Origin: Octopus bimaculoides | Taxonomy: Eukaryota | DNA: 32,773 nucleotides | Direction of reading: 5' to 3' | Assembly: GCF_001194135.2 (NCBI RefSeq) | Contig: NC_068985.1 | Span: 54,984,511-55,017,283 of the forward strand | In this document: one piece after another, positions 1-10,775 of the stretch | Position numbering within the stretch: the first letter of the stretch is position 1 | How the letters are laid out: the number at the start of each line of letters is the position of its first letter | Made by a program: the position numbers and the translations under genes | Notes under the pieces: model-generated | Databases searched by the model: none | Told to the model about the DNA's origin: nothing | What the model saw: only the letters and a program-made list of their open reading frames with translations

Positions 1-199
1 CCTCGGTGAGACCCAATGTTCGAAGGTCTTGCCTCACCACCTCAGCCCAGGTCTTCCTGGGCCTACCTCTTCCACGGGTTCCCTCAACTGTTAGGGAGTG
101 GCACTTTTTCACGCAGCTATCCTCATTCATTCTCACCACATGTCCAAACCAGCGCAATCGTCTCTCTTGCACACCACTCCTGACGCTTATGTTCAGCTT
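1..199 (-). mobile_element. RTE-clade LINE, C-terminal ORF fragment, 5'-truncated, continues beyond the window start
   Basis: The minus strand translates without stops as KLNISVRSGVQERRLRWFGHVVRMNEDSCVKKCHSLTVEGTRGRGRPRKTWAEVVRQDLRTLGLTE. This has the RLRWFGHV..R and GRGRPRKTW motifs typical of the RTE ORF C-terminus. Confidence 0.9.
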
Positions 200-320
200 T
201 TACATATATATATACACGCACACACGTACATCTATACATGCACATATGCATACACCCTCACACGCAAATGAAGTTATTAGTGAGTTCAATAAAGATTGAA
301 AAATTTCAAAAAGCATCTTA

Positions 321-524
<204 letters not shown>

Positions 525-1095
525 TTAGTTTTAATTAACATTATTATATTTTGAAGGTAAACATAAGACAACCAATGAAATATAAATCAATCTGAAAATA
601 AAACTTTTAAAAAATAATGGTAAAAAAATGAAAAAGTTATACCAGTCTAAGATAAATCAAAGCCTTGTGAGGTTTCTCTAAATCCAATAACTCTGAAACT
701 AGTTTCTATTCCATACTGAGTATTTTAATTAGAATTTAATAATTTTTTAACATTGCTAATTACAAAATTCTTCAAGAGAAGTATCCTTTGACTACCTCTT
801 TTTTTCTGAACTACATCTAGCTAACAGAGATATATTTTATATTGCTCCAGCTGTGCTTACAGTCTTGTATGTTAATATGAAACCTCATGTAATTTTCCAG
901 AGATATTTCATTCACCCTGTCTAAATAGTAAATGAACATCGTGATTAATTACAATTAGCATATAAAATAATCTTTGTTTTCTACTTCAACTATTTAGAAT
1001 ATTTTTCAATCACCCCTACTCACAAAACAATGATGCATGGAACCCCAATGGGAACATGATGTATGTGTTTATATATTTGCATGTATACATGTACA

Positions 1096-1097
<2 letters not shown>

Positions 1098-1151
<54 letters not shown>
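1098..1151. repeat. (GT)n microsatellite running into an assembly gap
   Basis: Pure GT dinucleotide tract followed by N from 1152. Confidence 0.95.
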
Positions 1152-1344
1152 NNNNNNNNNNNNNNNNNNNNNNNNNNNNNNNNNNNNNNNNNNNNNNNNN
1201 NNNNNNNNNNNNNNNNNNNNNNNNNNNNNNNNNNNNNNNNNNNNNNNNNNNNNNNNNNNNNNNNNNNNNNNNNNNNNNNNNNNNNNNNNNNNNNNNNNNN
1301 NNNNNNNNNNNNNNNNNNNNNNNNNNNNNNNNNNNNNNNNNNNN
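1152..1344. other. Assembly gap (N run); others at 8441-8877, 15147-15323, 20475-21340 and 22074-22417
   Basis: Runs of N, mostly flanked by microsatellites or homopolymers. Confidence 0.98.
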
Positions 1345-1477
1345 AAGTTCAGAAATAGCAGCTAAAGTGCTAAAACTCCAACAGATAGCAATACTTGTAA
1401 CTCACAAAGGCAAAACAAGAGTTACAAGTATTGCTATCTGTTGGAGTTTTAGCACTTTAGCTGCTATTTCTGAACTT
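1345..1477. repeat. Perfect inverted repeat, 59-bp arms with a 15-nt loop
   Basis: 1345-1403 (aagttcagaaatagcagctaaagtgctaaaactccaacagatagcaatacttgtaactc) is the exact reverse complement of 1419-1477. Confidence 0.97.
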
Positions 1478-1697
1478 CGGTATGTGGTGAAGCAACTGTT
1501 GCTGATCCCTTAATTATGTTTATATATATATATATATATATATAGTGATGTTCATAGACTTGTCTGAAGAGCCACTGGTGGTACTGAGTAACAAGAGACT
1601 TCTTCAACCAAAATAAAATATATAGTTTATCTCTACTATGGTATTGAATACATCTTTGTTTTTTCCTGACAATGAACACTAAATGTATGTGTCTCAC

Positions 1698-2040
1698 CAT
1701 CACCACATTGCTTTAATGTCCCCTTTTCCATACTTCTATGAGTTGGATGAAATTCACTGAGGCAGATTTTCTATGGCAAATGCCCATCCTGTTGCCAACC
1801 TTCACTTGTTTTGAAATAAGTTAATTCCTCTCTCTCTCTCTCATACATATGTATATATATATATATGCATATACACACATACGTCTATGGTTCTTTCAGT
1901 TTCCATTTACCAAATATACCCTTATGATTGTGGTCAAACTAGGGTTACAGAAGACTTGTATGTCAAGTGCCATACAGTGGGACCAAACCAGAAATCACAT
2001 GATAAGGAATCAAACTTTTTAAACACACAGCCATGCCTGC
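1698..2040 (-). mobile_element. tRNA-derived SINE (family A head) with an RTE-type 3' tail
   Basis: The minus strand has the degenerate family A head (ggcatggctgtgtgttt...tttggtcccactgtatggcac), a microsatellite core, and the tail ...aaaatctgcctcagtgaatt...gtatggaaaaggggacattaaa. The same layout recurs many times in the window. Confidence 0.8.
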
Positions 2041-2217
2041 GCTTATATATCATCTGTGTGTGCATGTGCAAAATCATTTCAACTTCTTCACAAGAGACAG
2101 GTCGAAGCAAAAAAATGGCAAAGCTATGTTTACATTCCTGGTGAACATGATAACTTGTAGCTCTGCACTCTCAAAGTTTAGTGGAAGAAAAAAAATTCCT
2201 TTCTTGAGAAACAAGTA

Positions 2218-2312
2218 ATGGTTGGGAACAGGAAGGGCATCTGGTCAAAAAAATACTACCTCAAATAAGTAGCTTTAAGTCAGCATAAAAATAAGAAAAG
2301 GATGTAAAATGA
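2218..2312 (+). mobile_element. Degenerate SINE/RTE 3'-tail fragment
   Basis: ggttgggaacaggaagggcatctgg matches the tail module of the other copies (e.g. 6145-6170, 26640-26660). Confidence 0.55.
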
Positions 2313-2388
2313 ACAATGCCATACCAACTTTCTTATCTTATGAAAAATAATGCTTTATAGTCTCTCCATTCATAAATACCACACTTAA

Positions 2389-2702
2389 CATCATCATCTT
2401 TTAACATCCTTGTTTCAGGTTGGCATGGGTACAAGAGCAGCATTGTGCTCCAGTGTCTGTTTTGGCATGGCTTCTACTGTTGGATGCTCTTTGTAACATA
2501 ACATCAACCACTTTACAGTGTGTCTCAGGTACATTTTTCCATGGCACCAGCACTAGTAAGGTCATCATGCAACTAAGATCCCCTTTGACTGTGTGGGCTA
2601 CAGTAGAGAGGGAGTGGGCTTTATGCTTGGAGATGAGGAGTTAAAATGTGAAAGAAGGGGTCAGAAAAGAACACGGTTCTTGCAATAGAGGAGTTGCATG
2701 GC
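2389..2702 (-). mobile_element. RTE-associated 3'-end (UTR-type) repeat
   Basis: Begins catcatcatcttttaacatcc...ggcatgggt, the same terminus as 21952-22042. The internal ggatgctc...aaccact...ggcaccagcac motif is also present, inverted, at 9690-9880. Confidence 0.65.
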
Positions 2703-3454
2703 TAAAAACAAAACAAAACAAAACAAAAAAAAACCATTTCTATCATTAATATCCTTATGATATAAATAAAATACACATGCGTTTCTTTTTTTTTATTTAT
2801 TATTCTACAATGTTCAGGAATGAAAATGATTTATCATCAAGTAACAGCATATTATGGAGAGAGATATTACAGACCAGTACCATTTTTGCATTTAGAAGCT
2901 AGCCAGGATGACTAAATTGAATGCGATATTTTCTAAACATCCTCCTTAATCGCTTCTTTTCTTTCTGATTCTGTTTTAGAACAGAAATTATGTTTCTAAC
3001 CTAATAAAACAGCATGGTTAATACTAGAAAATTTGCTTCATTTTTATATAAAATAGAGAAAAAAGAAAAAAAGAAAAACAAATAAATATATCCAAAACAC
3101 ATCTTCCTTGATATTTATTACTGCTGTATGAATCACTTTCCATATAATCTAGAATGATAAAAACTTTTTCTTTTATTTATAAAACTATCAGTTGCAACCA
3201 AACCCACCCACCAAGGTACATAATTAGAAAATTGAGAAACTCTGGCAGTTATCAGAGAAAAATGGAAGCTACAACCATTTAAATCAAAAATATCAAATTC
3301 ATTACCACCATTGTCACCACCACCACCATTGTCACTACTACTACTACAACTGCCACCACCACCACCACTGTTTTAATATGCAATTTTTCACAATGGCACA
3401 GGTTGGATAGGTTTGGCACCAATTGTCTTATTTTTTTTCCTTTTTGTCATATTT

Positions 3455-3753
3455 TCTTAAGAGGACCAGCACTGAGAACTGCCCTCATTACTTATTACCA
3501 TGTTTCCCTTGGTCTTCCTCTACCTTGGGGACCCTTTAAGTAATAGCAGCACTCGTTATCCCTACATGTCTGTGATGGTACCTTTAATAATAACAACCAG
3601 CTAGTCTCTGCCTACTTCTGATTTACATTAATTTATGCCAGTTAACATTACAAGCTAATATATTGTGTATGCTTCATTTCTCCCCTGCTTTCAGTCTTCA
3701 TTGATCTACCATATTCAACACCCATGTCTCTCTATCACACAGCTTCATACTTC
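3455..3753 (-). mobile_element. Degraded RTE LINE C-terminal fragment
   Basis: The minus strand gives ETWVLNMVDQ*RLK at the 5' side and QGRGRPRETW**VMRAVL at the 3' side, matching RTE motifs with stops. Confidence 0.7.
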
Positions 3754-3899
3754 TTATATACACTTCAAATAGTCTGCCTAAGAGAGAGAGAAAAAAAAAA
3801 TCAACAAAATGGTTCCCCAAAAAAACTGTCTGTTACTACCAAATGCACCAGTTTCTTCCCTTTCTAACTTTGGCTAAATTTACTGCCCCCCTGTTCTCC

Positions 3900-4135
3900 A
3901 TCTCTCTCTATCCCTATATCACACCCAGACCCTACACTACCCCAAACCTTACCCTATATGCCAACCCAACACCACCTCCAAATCACATCCAAACCCTATA
4001 CCACTCCCACCTCCTACACCATCCCAACACCTACACCATCCCAACACCTACACCACTCTAACCCTCCCAACCTATATCATCCAAATCCCTACACAACCCC
4101 CCAAACTCTGCACCATGTCCACCCCCTAGCACCAA
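3900..4135. repeat. C-rich degenerate minisatellite, 17-bp unit cctacaccatcccaaca
   Basis: Two exact tandem units at 4013-4046 with degenerate copies on both sides. It explains the P/T/H-rich ORFs at 3843 and 3958. Confidence 0.8.
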
Positions 4136-5540
4136 CATCATTAACTAAGTTTTTACAACATAATCTCATAATTATGCTGAACTTCCAACAATAAAAGAAT
4201 ATATTCATGCTTTGTCCCAAAATGAAATATTTCTCACTCCATCGCTAAATCAGTCCTAAAGACAAAAGAGAGTTAATTAAAACACACGACTTTAGAGATA
4301 ACGAATAATTAGAGTTATATTAGTGTTATAATGACTAAATCTAGAACTAGACAGAAGTTGTGATTCTACACATTTTAAGACATTTGGTTCAATGTGCCAA
4401 CAATAACAATGTGAAATGTATTTAGTGTATTCAGAGGTTTAGATTTTATTGATATTTCACAGGGTTAAATCAGTTACCTTGTACTATTGAATACCTAAAA
4501 ATAGCATTTGGTAAAAAGGATGATAGTGTTGAGGGACATGACACAAATATGCAAATCAAGTTATCCATTACTGTGATAGTCTAATTCATGAAACTTTATA
4601 TATTCTATGCTATTGATTGCAGAAGGAAACTGGATGTTATCTCTAAGAAATGGTCTATGAAACAATCCATTGAGTGACCCACTTCTCTTTTTCCACACAT
4701 CAAAAACATAGCAAAAATATGCTTACACTTTTCTTTCTCCCACAGCTAGTTGTACATAAAATACATATTGCTTAATTTATATCAGTTTAATATTCTCAAT
4801 TTGTATTCTTTTGTTGATGAAATACACTTGTTTGCATTTTATTTAATGATGGTTGATTATATTTGATGTCACTTGGTACTGTAGATAAAAAGGGAAATTG
4901 TTATTGCTGTTATTGTTGTTGCTTAACCCCCCTAAATCAGCTATGATCAAAGGCAATCCAGTTATGAGCATCACCATCTATTTCCCTTTCACAGTGAACC
5001 CATGTCCATATTAATCAATGGTTAGATTTTTTTTTGAGCAACATGTCATTTAAGGGAAATTGGGATCTAATTGTAAGAAATCAACCATTCATGTAGAAGT
5101 CCTCTCATTGACTTGAAGAAGATATTGTAAACATGGCACCAACTCACCATATATCTTCTACAGACTATAATGGCTTACAGACTCATATGAAAAATTCTAA
5201 CATTAATGTATAAAGACTGCAGTTCTTCGATAGAAAATATAAGCCCTCCACCACCACCACCAAAAGATACCAAAGAAAAGTTTTGGCCCTCTTCTGTCAT
5301 CATTATTAATGCAGAAACAAAAGAGATCCTGCATCCATATAATTCTTCTTTCTTCACCATGATGCTTGGACGAGTTAAAAGAATTTTAAACCATCCTAAT
5401 GTTGTTAAACATGGTAATTTGTTTCTTTGTCAATCCTAAAAATCCTTACACTGAAATAAGGTATTATGTTTTAATTCTAAAGAAGGAGCAGTACAAGACA
5501 GACAAGCAAATGGAAAAATTCTCAGAGCCAAATCAGCAGC

Positions 5541-5543
<3 letters not shown>

Positions 5544-5591
<48 letters not shown>
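5544..5591. repeat. (GA)n microsatellite
   Basis: Near-pure GA tract. Confidence 0.95.
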
Positions 5592-5592
<1 letters not shown>

Positions 5593-5837
5593 ATTCAATT
5601 TTTCGAAACAGTATTTTATTTTTCTTGCCTTTGTTTTTTATTGTCAAATGTGAAATGGATCTGTAATCTATTTTCCGAGGAAATGTTTCTATTTTCTCAG
5701 TTTCTATAACAGCATAAGCTTCTTTTTTGGCAATATGGTAAGAGGATTTTTGAGAATTATTTCAGGAGTTTGGAAAAAAAATAATGTCACATGTCTACCA
5801 TATTGTGATACTGTAGTAGCTAATAATTTCATTAGAT

Positions 5838-6245
5838 GGCCTGGCTGCATTATTAAGAGGTATGCTCCCTAACTATGTAGTTTTAGAGTCAGTCCCATTC
5901 TGCATGGCACCTTGGGCAAGTGTCTTCTACTATAGTCCCAGATTGATCAAAATCTTCTGAGTGTATATGGTAGATGGAAACTGAAGGAAGCCTGACTCAT
6001 ATATTTGTGTGTACTGTTTTGACATTATGTGATGGTGTACACAAGCATCACTATCAATTTATGCAATGTTGTTTGTTTCAAGTCATCTGTGGAAAAGATT
6101 TCTAGTTGAGGGAAAATATTACTTTGCACAGATACAGGCGAGGATTGGTGACAGGAAGGGTATCTGCCATAGAAAAATCTGCCTTAAATTCCATCTGACA
6201 TCTGTGAGCGTGGAAAAATTGAATGTTATGACAATGATGATGATA
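5838..6245 (+). mobile_element. tRNA-derived SINE family A with an RTE-type tail, near full length
   Basis: Head with tcagtcccattctgcatggcaccttgggcaagtgtcttctactatag and ggtagatggaaactgaaggaagcc. Tail ggtgacaggaagggtatctgccatagaaaaatctgcc...gtggaaaaattgaatgtta followed by (gat)n. Confidence 0.85.
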
Positions 6246-7663
6246 CCGATTCTGTTCTGATTGTAGAAACTAAATCATAATTGATCTACAATAATAAACG
6301 TGAAATTCTATCTGTCCGTCCACCTGGGATCCCTGTATCTCAGTCTACATTTGTTCTACATACACATATTATACCTTTTTAGGAATCAGAATGATCCTTG
6401 GATTAAAAATCTGCCCTTCATTTGGTTCTTGAACATTCAGCATTCGGATCAGGTCTGGATGAGGATTTGTTATATGTTAACAGTTGAAAATTCAAATTTC
6501 AAAAGAACTCTAAAAATTTGTGAACTTACAAGTTTTTCATTTAAACTGAATTTAAAATAATACCATATTGTTAGGGCACCAATAAATGCATTATTATTTT
6601 GCCCTTTATAGTTTTGGGCCACAGGCCCAATTAGCCCCTCTGCAGGAACTAACTTAAAAGTATGCACAAAGTGTGGCTTTTAAGCTAGTAATTAATAATA
6701 GCCAGTGTTACCTGTTTAATATCATGTTTCATAGAATACATTTACAACATCCTCAGATAGAAGGAAACATGAACCAACAAACTAATTTTCAAACCATATG
6801 AAGGTTTCTATTTGGTGTAGAACATAGCAAATTCACATGTCCATTGTAATTCTTTACTATTTTGAAGTATAGATAACTTTCAAAGTAGCCAAAGACATTT
6901 GGGATTGAGACTTAATTATCTGTGTGAAATTAAATAACCCAAGAAGTTAATAGATATTAGATAATATTTACATTTAATTAAAATATGACACCGGTTGGTA
7001 TCATGTTTTGATTAAATCTGGTAGAAATTGATCAGTTTCCATAAAAATTTTGAAATTGCATCGACAGAAGATACCTAACATATATTTCATTGACTAGTTT
7101 CACATAAGTTACTTCTAGCTAGTTTAAATCATTATCAAAAGTTGTGTTATCATGTCTGATGGCTATGAACAAACATTCTAATTTGTTAGGATTAAGTCTG
7201 AGAATCACAGTCACTTGAATTCCTTAATCCATAACTTAAACTTACCATAATTGAAAAATAGTTTTACTGGAATGTCAAATTTGTCTGGTGTAGCTACTTA
7301 GTCTAGTTGATTCAGTGATTAATAACTTCTAAAATTGATTAAATTGCTGTGATAAAGAAAGTTTCAGATATAACCCATTGATCAATTTGAAAGAGATATA
7401 TTTCGTCAGCAACCATTGCTGGTGCTGTATTAGAATTTGTAAGGGGCATTACTGTTTTTGTAGACAAGCAGCTCTTGTAACAATGGTTTATTCAGAAGAT
7501 ATGGCTTTCAACTTGGTGTTCAGGATTTGGGTTTCTAGATGATGGGTGTGAAGCATGAAGCAAGAGCTGTTGTGAAGCTAAGTATGAGAATGATGAAAAT
7601 GGATAATTGTCTGTGTATGGAACTGTATATTTTTGTAGAGATGGAAGATGCTACATCTTTTGT

Positions 7664-8008
7664 TTTTTACTTCTTTCAGTTATTTGACTGCAGCTATGCA
7701 GGCATTTTAGTTGAACAAATAGACTCCAGGACTTTTGTTTCTTAAGCCTAGTACTTATTCTATTGGTCTCTTTCACTTAATTCCTAAGTTACTGGTTGTG
7801 AAGCAGTGGTGAGGGGATAAACCCAAAGACACACACACACACACACACAACTGGCTTCTTTCAGTTTCAGTCTACCAAATCCACTCACAAGGCTTTGGTT
7901 TGTCTGAGGCTATAGTAGAAGACACTTGCCAAAGGTGTCACAAAATGGGACTGAACCCAGAACCATGTAGTTGGGAAGTAAGCTTCTTACAATACAGCCA
8001 TGCCTACT
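7664..8008 (-). mobile_element. tRNA-derived SINE family A with the alternative (gactgaaacaagtaaaa-type) 3' end
   Basis: The minus strand has an A-box-like ggcatggctgtattgtaagaagc, a B-box-like gggttcagtccc, a (CA)n core, and a gaccaatagaataagtactagg module ending in ...aactgaaagaagtaaaa. Confidence 0.85.
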
Positions 8009-9214
8009 TCTATAGTAGTTTTGTTTATCCAACATCATCCGTGGAGAAATAATAGGAAAATGAAAAATAATAATAAGGCAGAATGCTAAACTGAAAGCAT
8101 ATTTTAATATAGATGTGTAAAAAGGATTTCTAACTGGCTTTCATTGCATGGCAAATTTTCAAGAAGACAGAGAATGAAAATGTTTTTTTACAAAAAAGTA
8201 AAAAATAATATATAGAAAAAATAAATATACCAATACATTATATTGTCTTTGAGCTTTTAAAGTTCAATGGTAATCCACGTAGATAATAGATGGAAAAATT
8301 AGGATGCACGAAATTGAGAGTTGTGTTTTGTTTAAAAAAAGAAAAAGGGCTGAAAGTTTATGTGTTAAGCAGGAAGTGTGGTGTCAAAACAGGAAGTGTG
8401 TGTAAGGGAAGGCAATTCTGTGGGTTTTAACTCTTTAGTANNNNNNNNNNNNNNNNNNNNNNNNNNNNNNNNNNNNNNNNNNNNNNNNNNNNNNNNNNNN
8501 NNNNNNNNNNNNNNNNNNNNNNNNNNNNNNNNNNNNNNNNNNNNNNNNNNNNNNNNNNNNNNNNNNNNNNNNNNNNNNNNNNNNNNNNNNNNNNNNNNNN
8601 NNNNNNNNNNNNNNNNNNNNNNNNNNNNNNNNNNNNNNNNNNNNNNNNNNNNNNNNNNNNNNNNNNNNNNNNNNNNNNNNNNNNNNNNNNNNNNNNNNNN
8701 NNNNNNNNNNNNNNNNNNNNNNNNNNNNNNNNNNNNNNNNNNNNNNNNNNNNNNNNNNNNNNNNNNNNNNNNNNNNNNNNNNNNNNNNNNNNNNNNNNNN
8801 NNNNNNNNNNNNNNNNNNNNNNNNNNNNNNNNNNNNNNNNNNNNNNNNNNNNNNNNNNNNNNNNNNNNNNNNNNNNNATATATATATATATATATATATA
8901 TATAGTTTTTAGCCATATTCAGAAACTATTCAACATTAATTATTATTTCAAAATTCATTTCACTGCTAATGAATATTTGTAAAATATGTTTTCTCCTAAT
9001 GCAAAAAGAAAAAAACATCAAATTTATTTATGCAATAATAAAGCACCTGGTGAAAGCAAAAAATAAAAACTAAGAAATATAAAATTCCAAAGAATTTCAG
9101 GAAGCCACAGAAAGAATCTTAGCTTTTCTATTGTAACACAAGTGTTTTCCATTAGGAGAATTAAAAAAATAAAAAACTAATACCATAGCCAAAATAGAAA
9201 GGTTTGCAAACCAG

Positions 9215-9370
9215 CACACCCAACCATTCTCAGGTCTCTCCCTATTATATCCTTATGCACTTTCTTTATAACTTGAGGGTATGCCCTGACACTGCTTCAC
9301 CACTGTCCTTTCTCCCATTCCTTCTGGGTGGCCATGTATCTTCTTTACACCAAGAGACCCATTTCTGTTC
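9215..9370 (-). mobile_element. Degraded RTE C-terminal fragment
   Basis: The minus strand gives GHPEGMGERTVVKQCQGI, and RDLRMVG further on. This resembles the GHV.RM.EDR.VKKC...DLR.LG region of the intact fragment at 1-199. Confidence 0.5.
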
Positions 9371-9689
9371 TCAATCATTTTTTTAACTATAGACTCCACT
9401 TTGATTCTTATTTTACTCCAGTGGATCCACAGAGCTATTCAATGTTTAAAAAAATCCTTATTTTTTACTATTAAATATCATTAGGAATTGTATTTTTAAA
9501 AAATTGTTAAAATATTTGGTATATTATAGAAGTGTAAGCAACTTATTGCTCTTAAATCTCAACAAAAATTCTTACATGGAGTCCCAAGGACCATATGGAC
9601 CCTGGTAGAGAATGAGTTTAGCCTCTCAACACTTGGTACAAAGCCACTTCCCTCAATAATACAAACGCTCTCAGTTGAGGGGTCTTGTT

Positions 9690-9880
9690 TCGCATGATAC
9701 TCGGTGACTTCACTAGTGCCCTGACAAAAGCACCCAGGAACTCTGGGAAGTGATTGAAATTAAGACAAGCATCAAACTGTAGAAATCATGCCAAAGCTGA
9801 TAGAGCTCAACACTGGTTCATTGGATCTGGTTGACCCAGTCAATCCAAGCCAGTATGGAAGACAAATGTTAAATGATGTC
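9690..9880 (+). mobile_element. RTE-associated 3'-end repeat
   Basis: aaaagcaccc...gcatcaaactgtagaaatcatgcc...ccagtatggaagacaaatgttaaatgatg is the same terminus as 2389-2702 in the opposite orientation. Confidence 0.6.
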
Positions 9881-10050
9881 ATCAGAAATATTTGCTGCTA
9901 TGATTAAATTCAGGTCTTTACGCACGCACACACACACACAAAACATATTTTCTCATCATCAAAATTTGTTTTTCTTTTCCCTTTTGCTTGTATCTAATTG
10001 GAAGTATATTTGAAAACAAAACACAGAGCTTCCTTTCCTTTTTTACCACC

Positions 10051-10410
10051 ACCATCATCATCATCATCTAATGTCCACTTTTTCATGCTTGCAGGGGTTA
10101 GATAGAATTCAGTGAGGCAAATATTTTATGTCTGAATGCCCTTCTTATTGCGAACTCACACCTGTTTCCAAGTAAGGTAATGCTTTCTCATGGTAAGAGA
10201 TGCCTTTCATGGAAGACTGAAAACAAACATTGCTTGTATGATGGTGATACTTGTTTTACAGCTATCACATGATGTCAAAACAAAGTTACACATACATACA
10301 TATACATATTTGTGTGTGTGTGTGTGCGTGTGTGTGGTGGGCTCCCTTCAGTTTCTGCCAACCAAATCTACTCACAAGGCTTTGGTTGCCCAAGGTGTCA
10401 CACAAATGTT
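10051..10410 (-). mobile_element. SINE family A with an RTE-type tail, head partly deleted
   Basis: (cat)n taatgtccactttttcatgcttgca...gaggcaaatattt...ggaagactgaaa...cagtttctgccaaccaaatctactcacaaggctttgg. Confidence 0.85.
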
Positions 10411-10634
10411 TCCCAACCTATTTTTTCCCCCAAGCCCCAATATAACTTCCCAGAAATATGTATGCCTCAGCAGTGGCTAGAATAAAATAACTATTTTTTA
10501 TATTTTATCATGATTATTCAATAGAAAAGAATCTATTAGTAACTCTTTTCATTAAATACTGAGTACAAAAGAAGTACATTATTGACTAAGAAAAAAAAAA
10601 GTGAATCACTTTAATGAGAATGTTGTGTCTGGCG

Positions 10635-10775
10635 ACTATAGCACAATTTTGCCAGGAATACCGGTGGGGTGTATGCCCATGTTTGCAATCACTGTGCCGC
10701 ACAGTGGAGCTAAACCCAAAACCACATCGTTGAGAAGCATTTTTTTTTTTAACCACATAGACAAACCTGCACCTA
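10635..10775 (-). mobile_element. Degenerate SINE family A head
   Basis: The minus strand reads ggtgcaggtttgtctatgtggttaaaa...tgcttctcaacgatgtggttttgggtttagctccactgtgcggcac, the family A head. It explains the ORFs at 10601 and 10636. Confidence 0.7.

Noticed and set aside
1037-1513. Long ORFs spanning N runs (also 8365-8916, 14910-15460, 20466-21347, 21963-22567)
   Set aside because: They are open only because N codons contain no stops.
1564-1595. Hammerhead-like CTGAAGA-GCCAC-tg-GTGGT next to (TA)n
   Set aside because: The first core half and a minimal stem II are present, but the required GAAA does not follow. At most a decayed remnant.
6614-6632. Palindrome ttgggcc-aca-ggcccaa
   Set aside because: Only a 7-bp stem, with no element termini identifiable around it.
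8405-8425. gggaaggcaattctgtgg resembles the GKGNFAVV codons of the missing first kinase exon
   Set aside because: Wrong strand, not in frame, and no flanking kinase residues.
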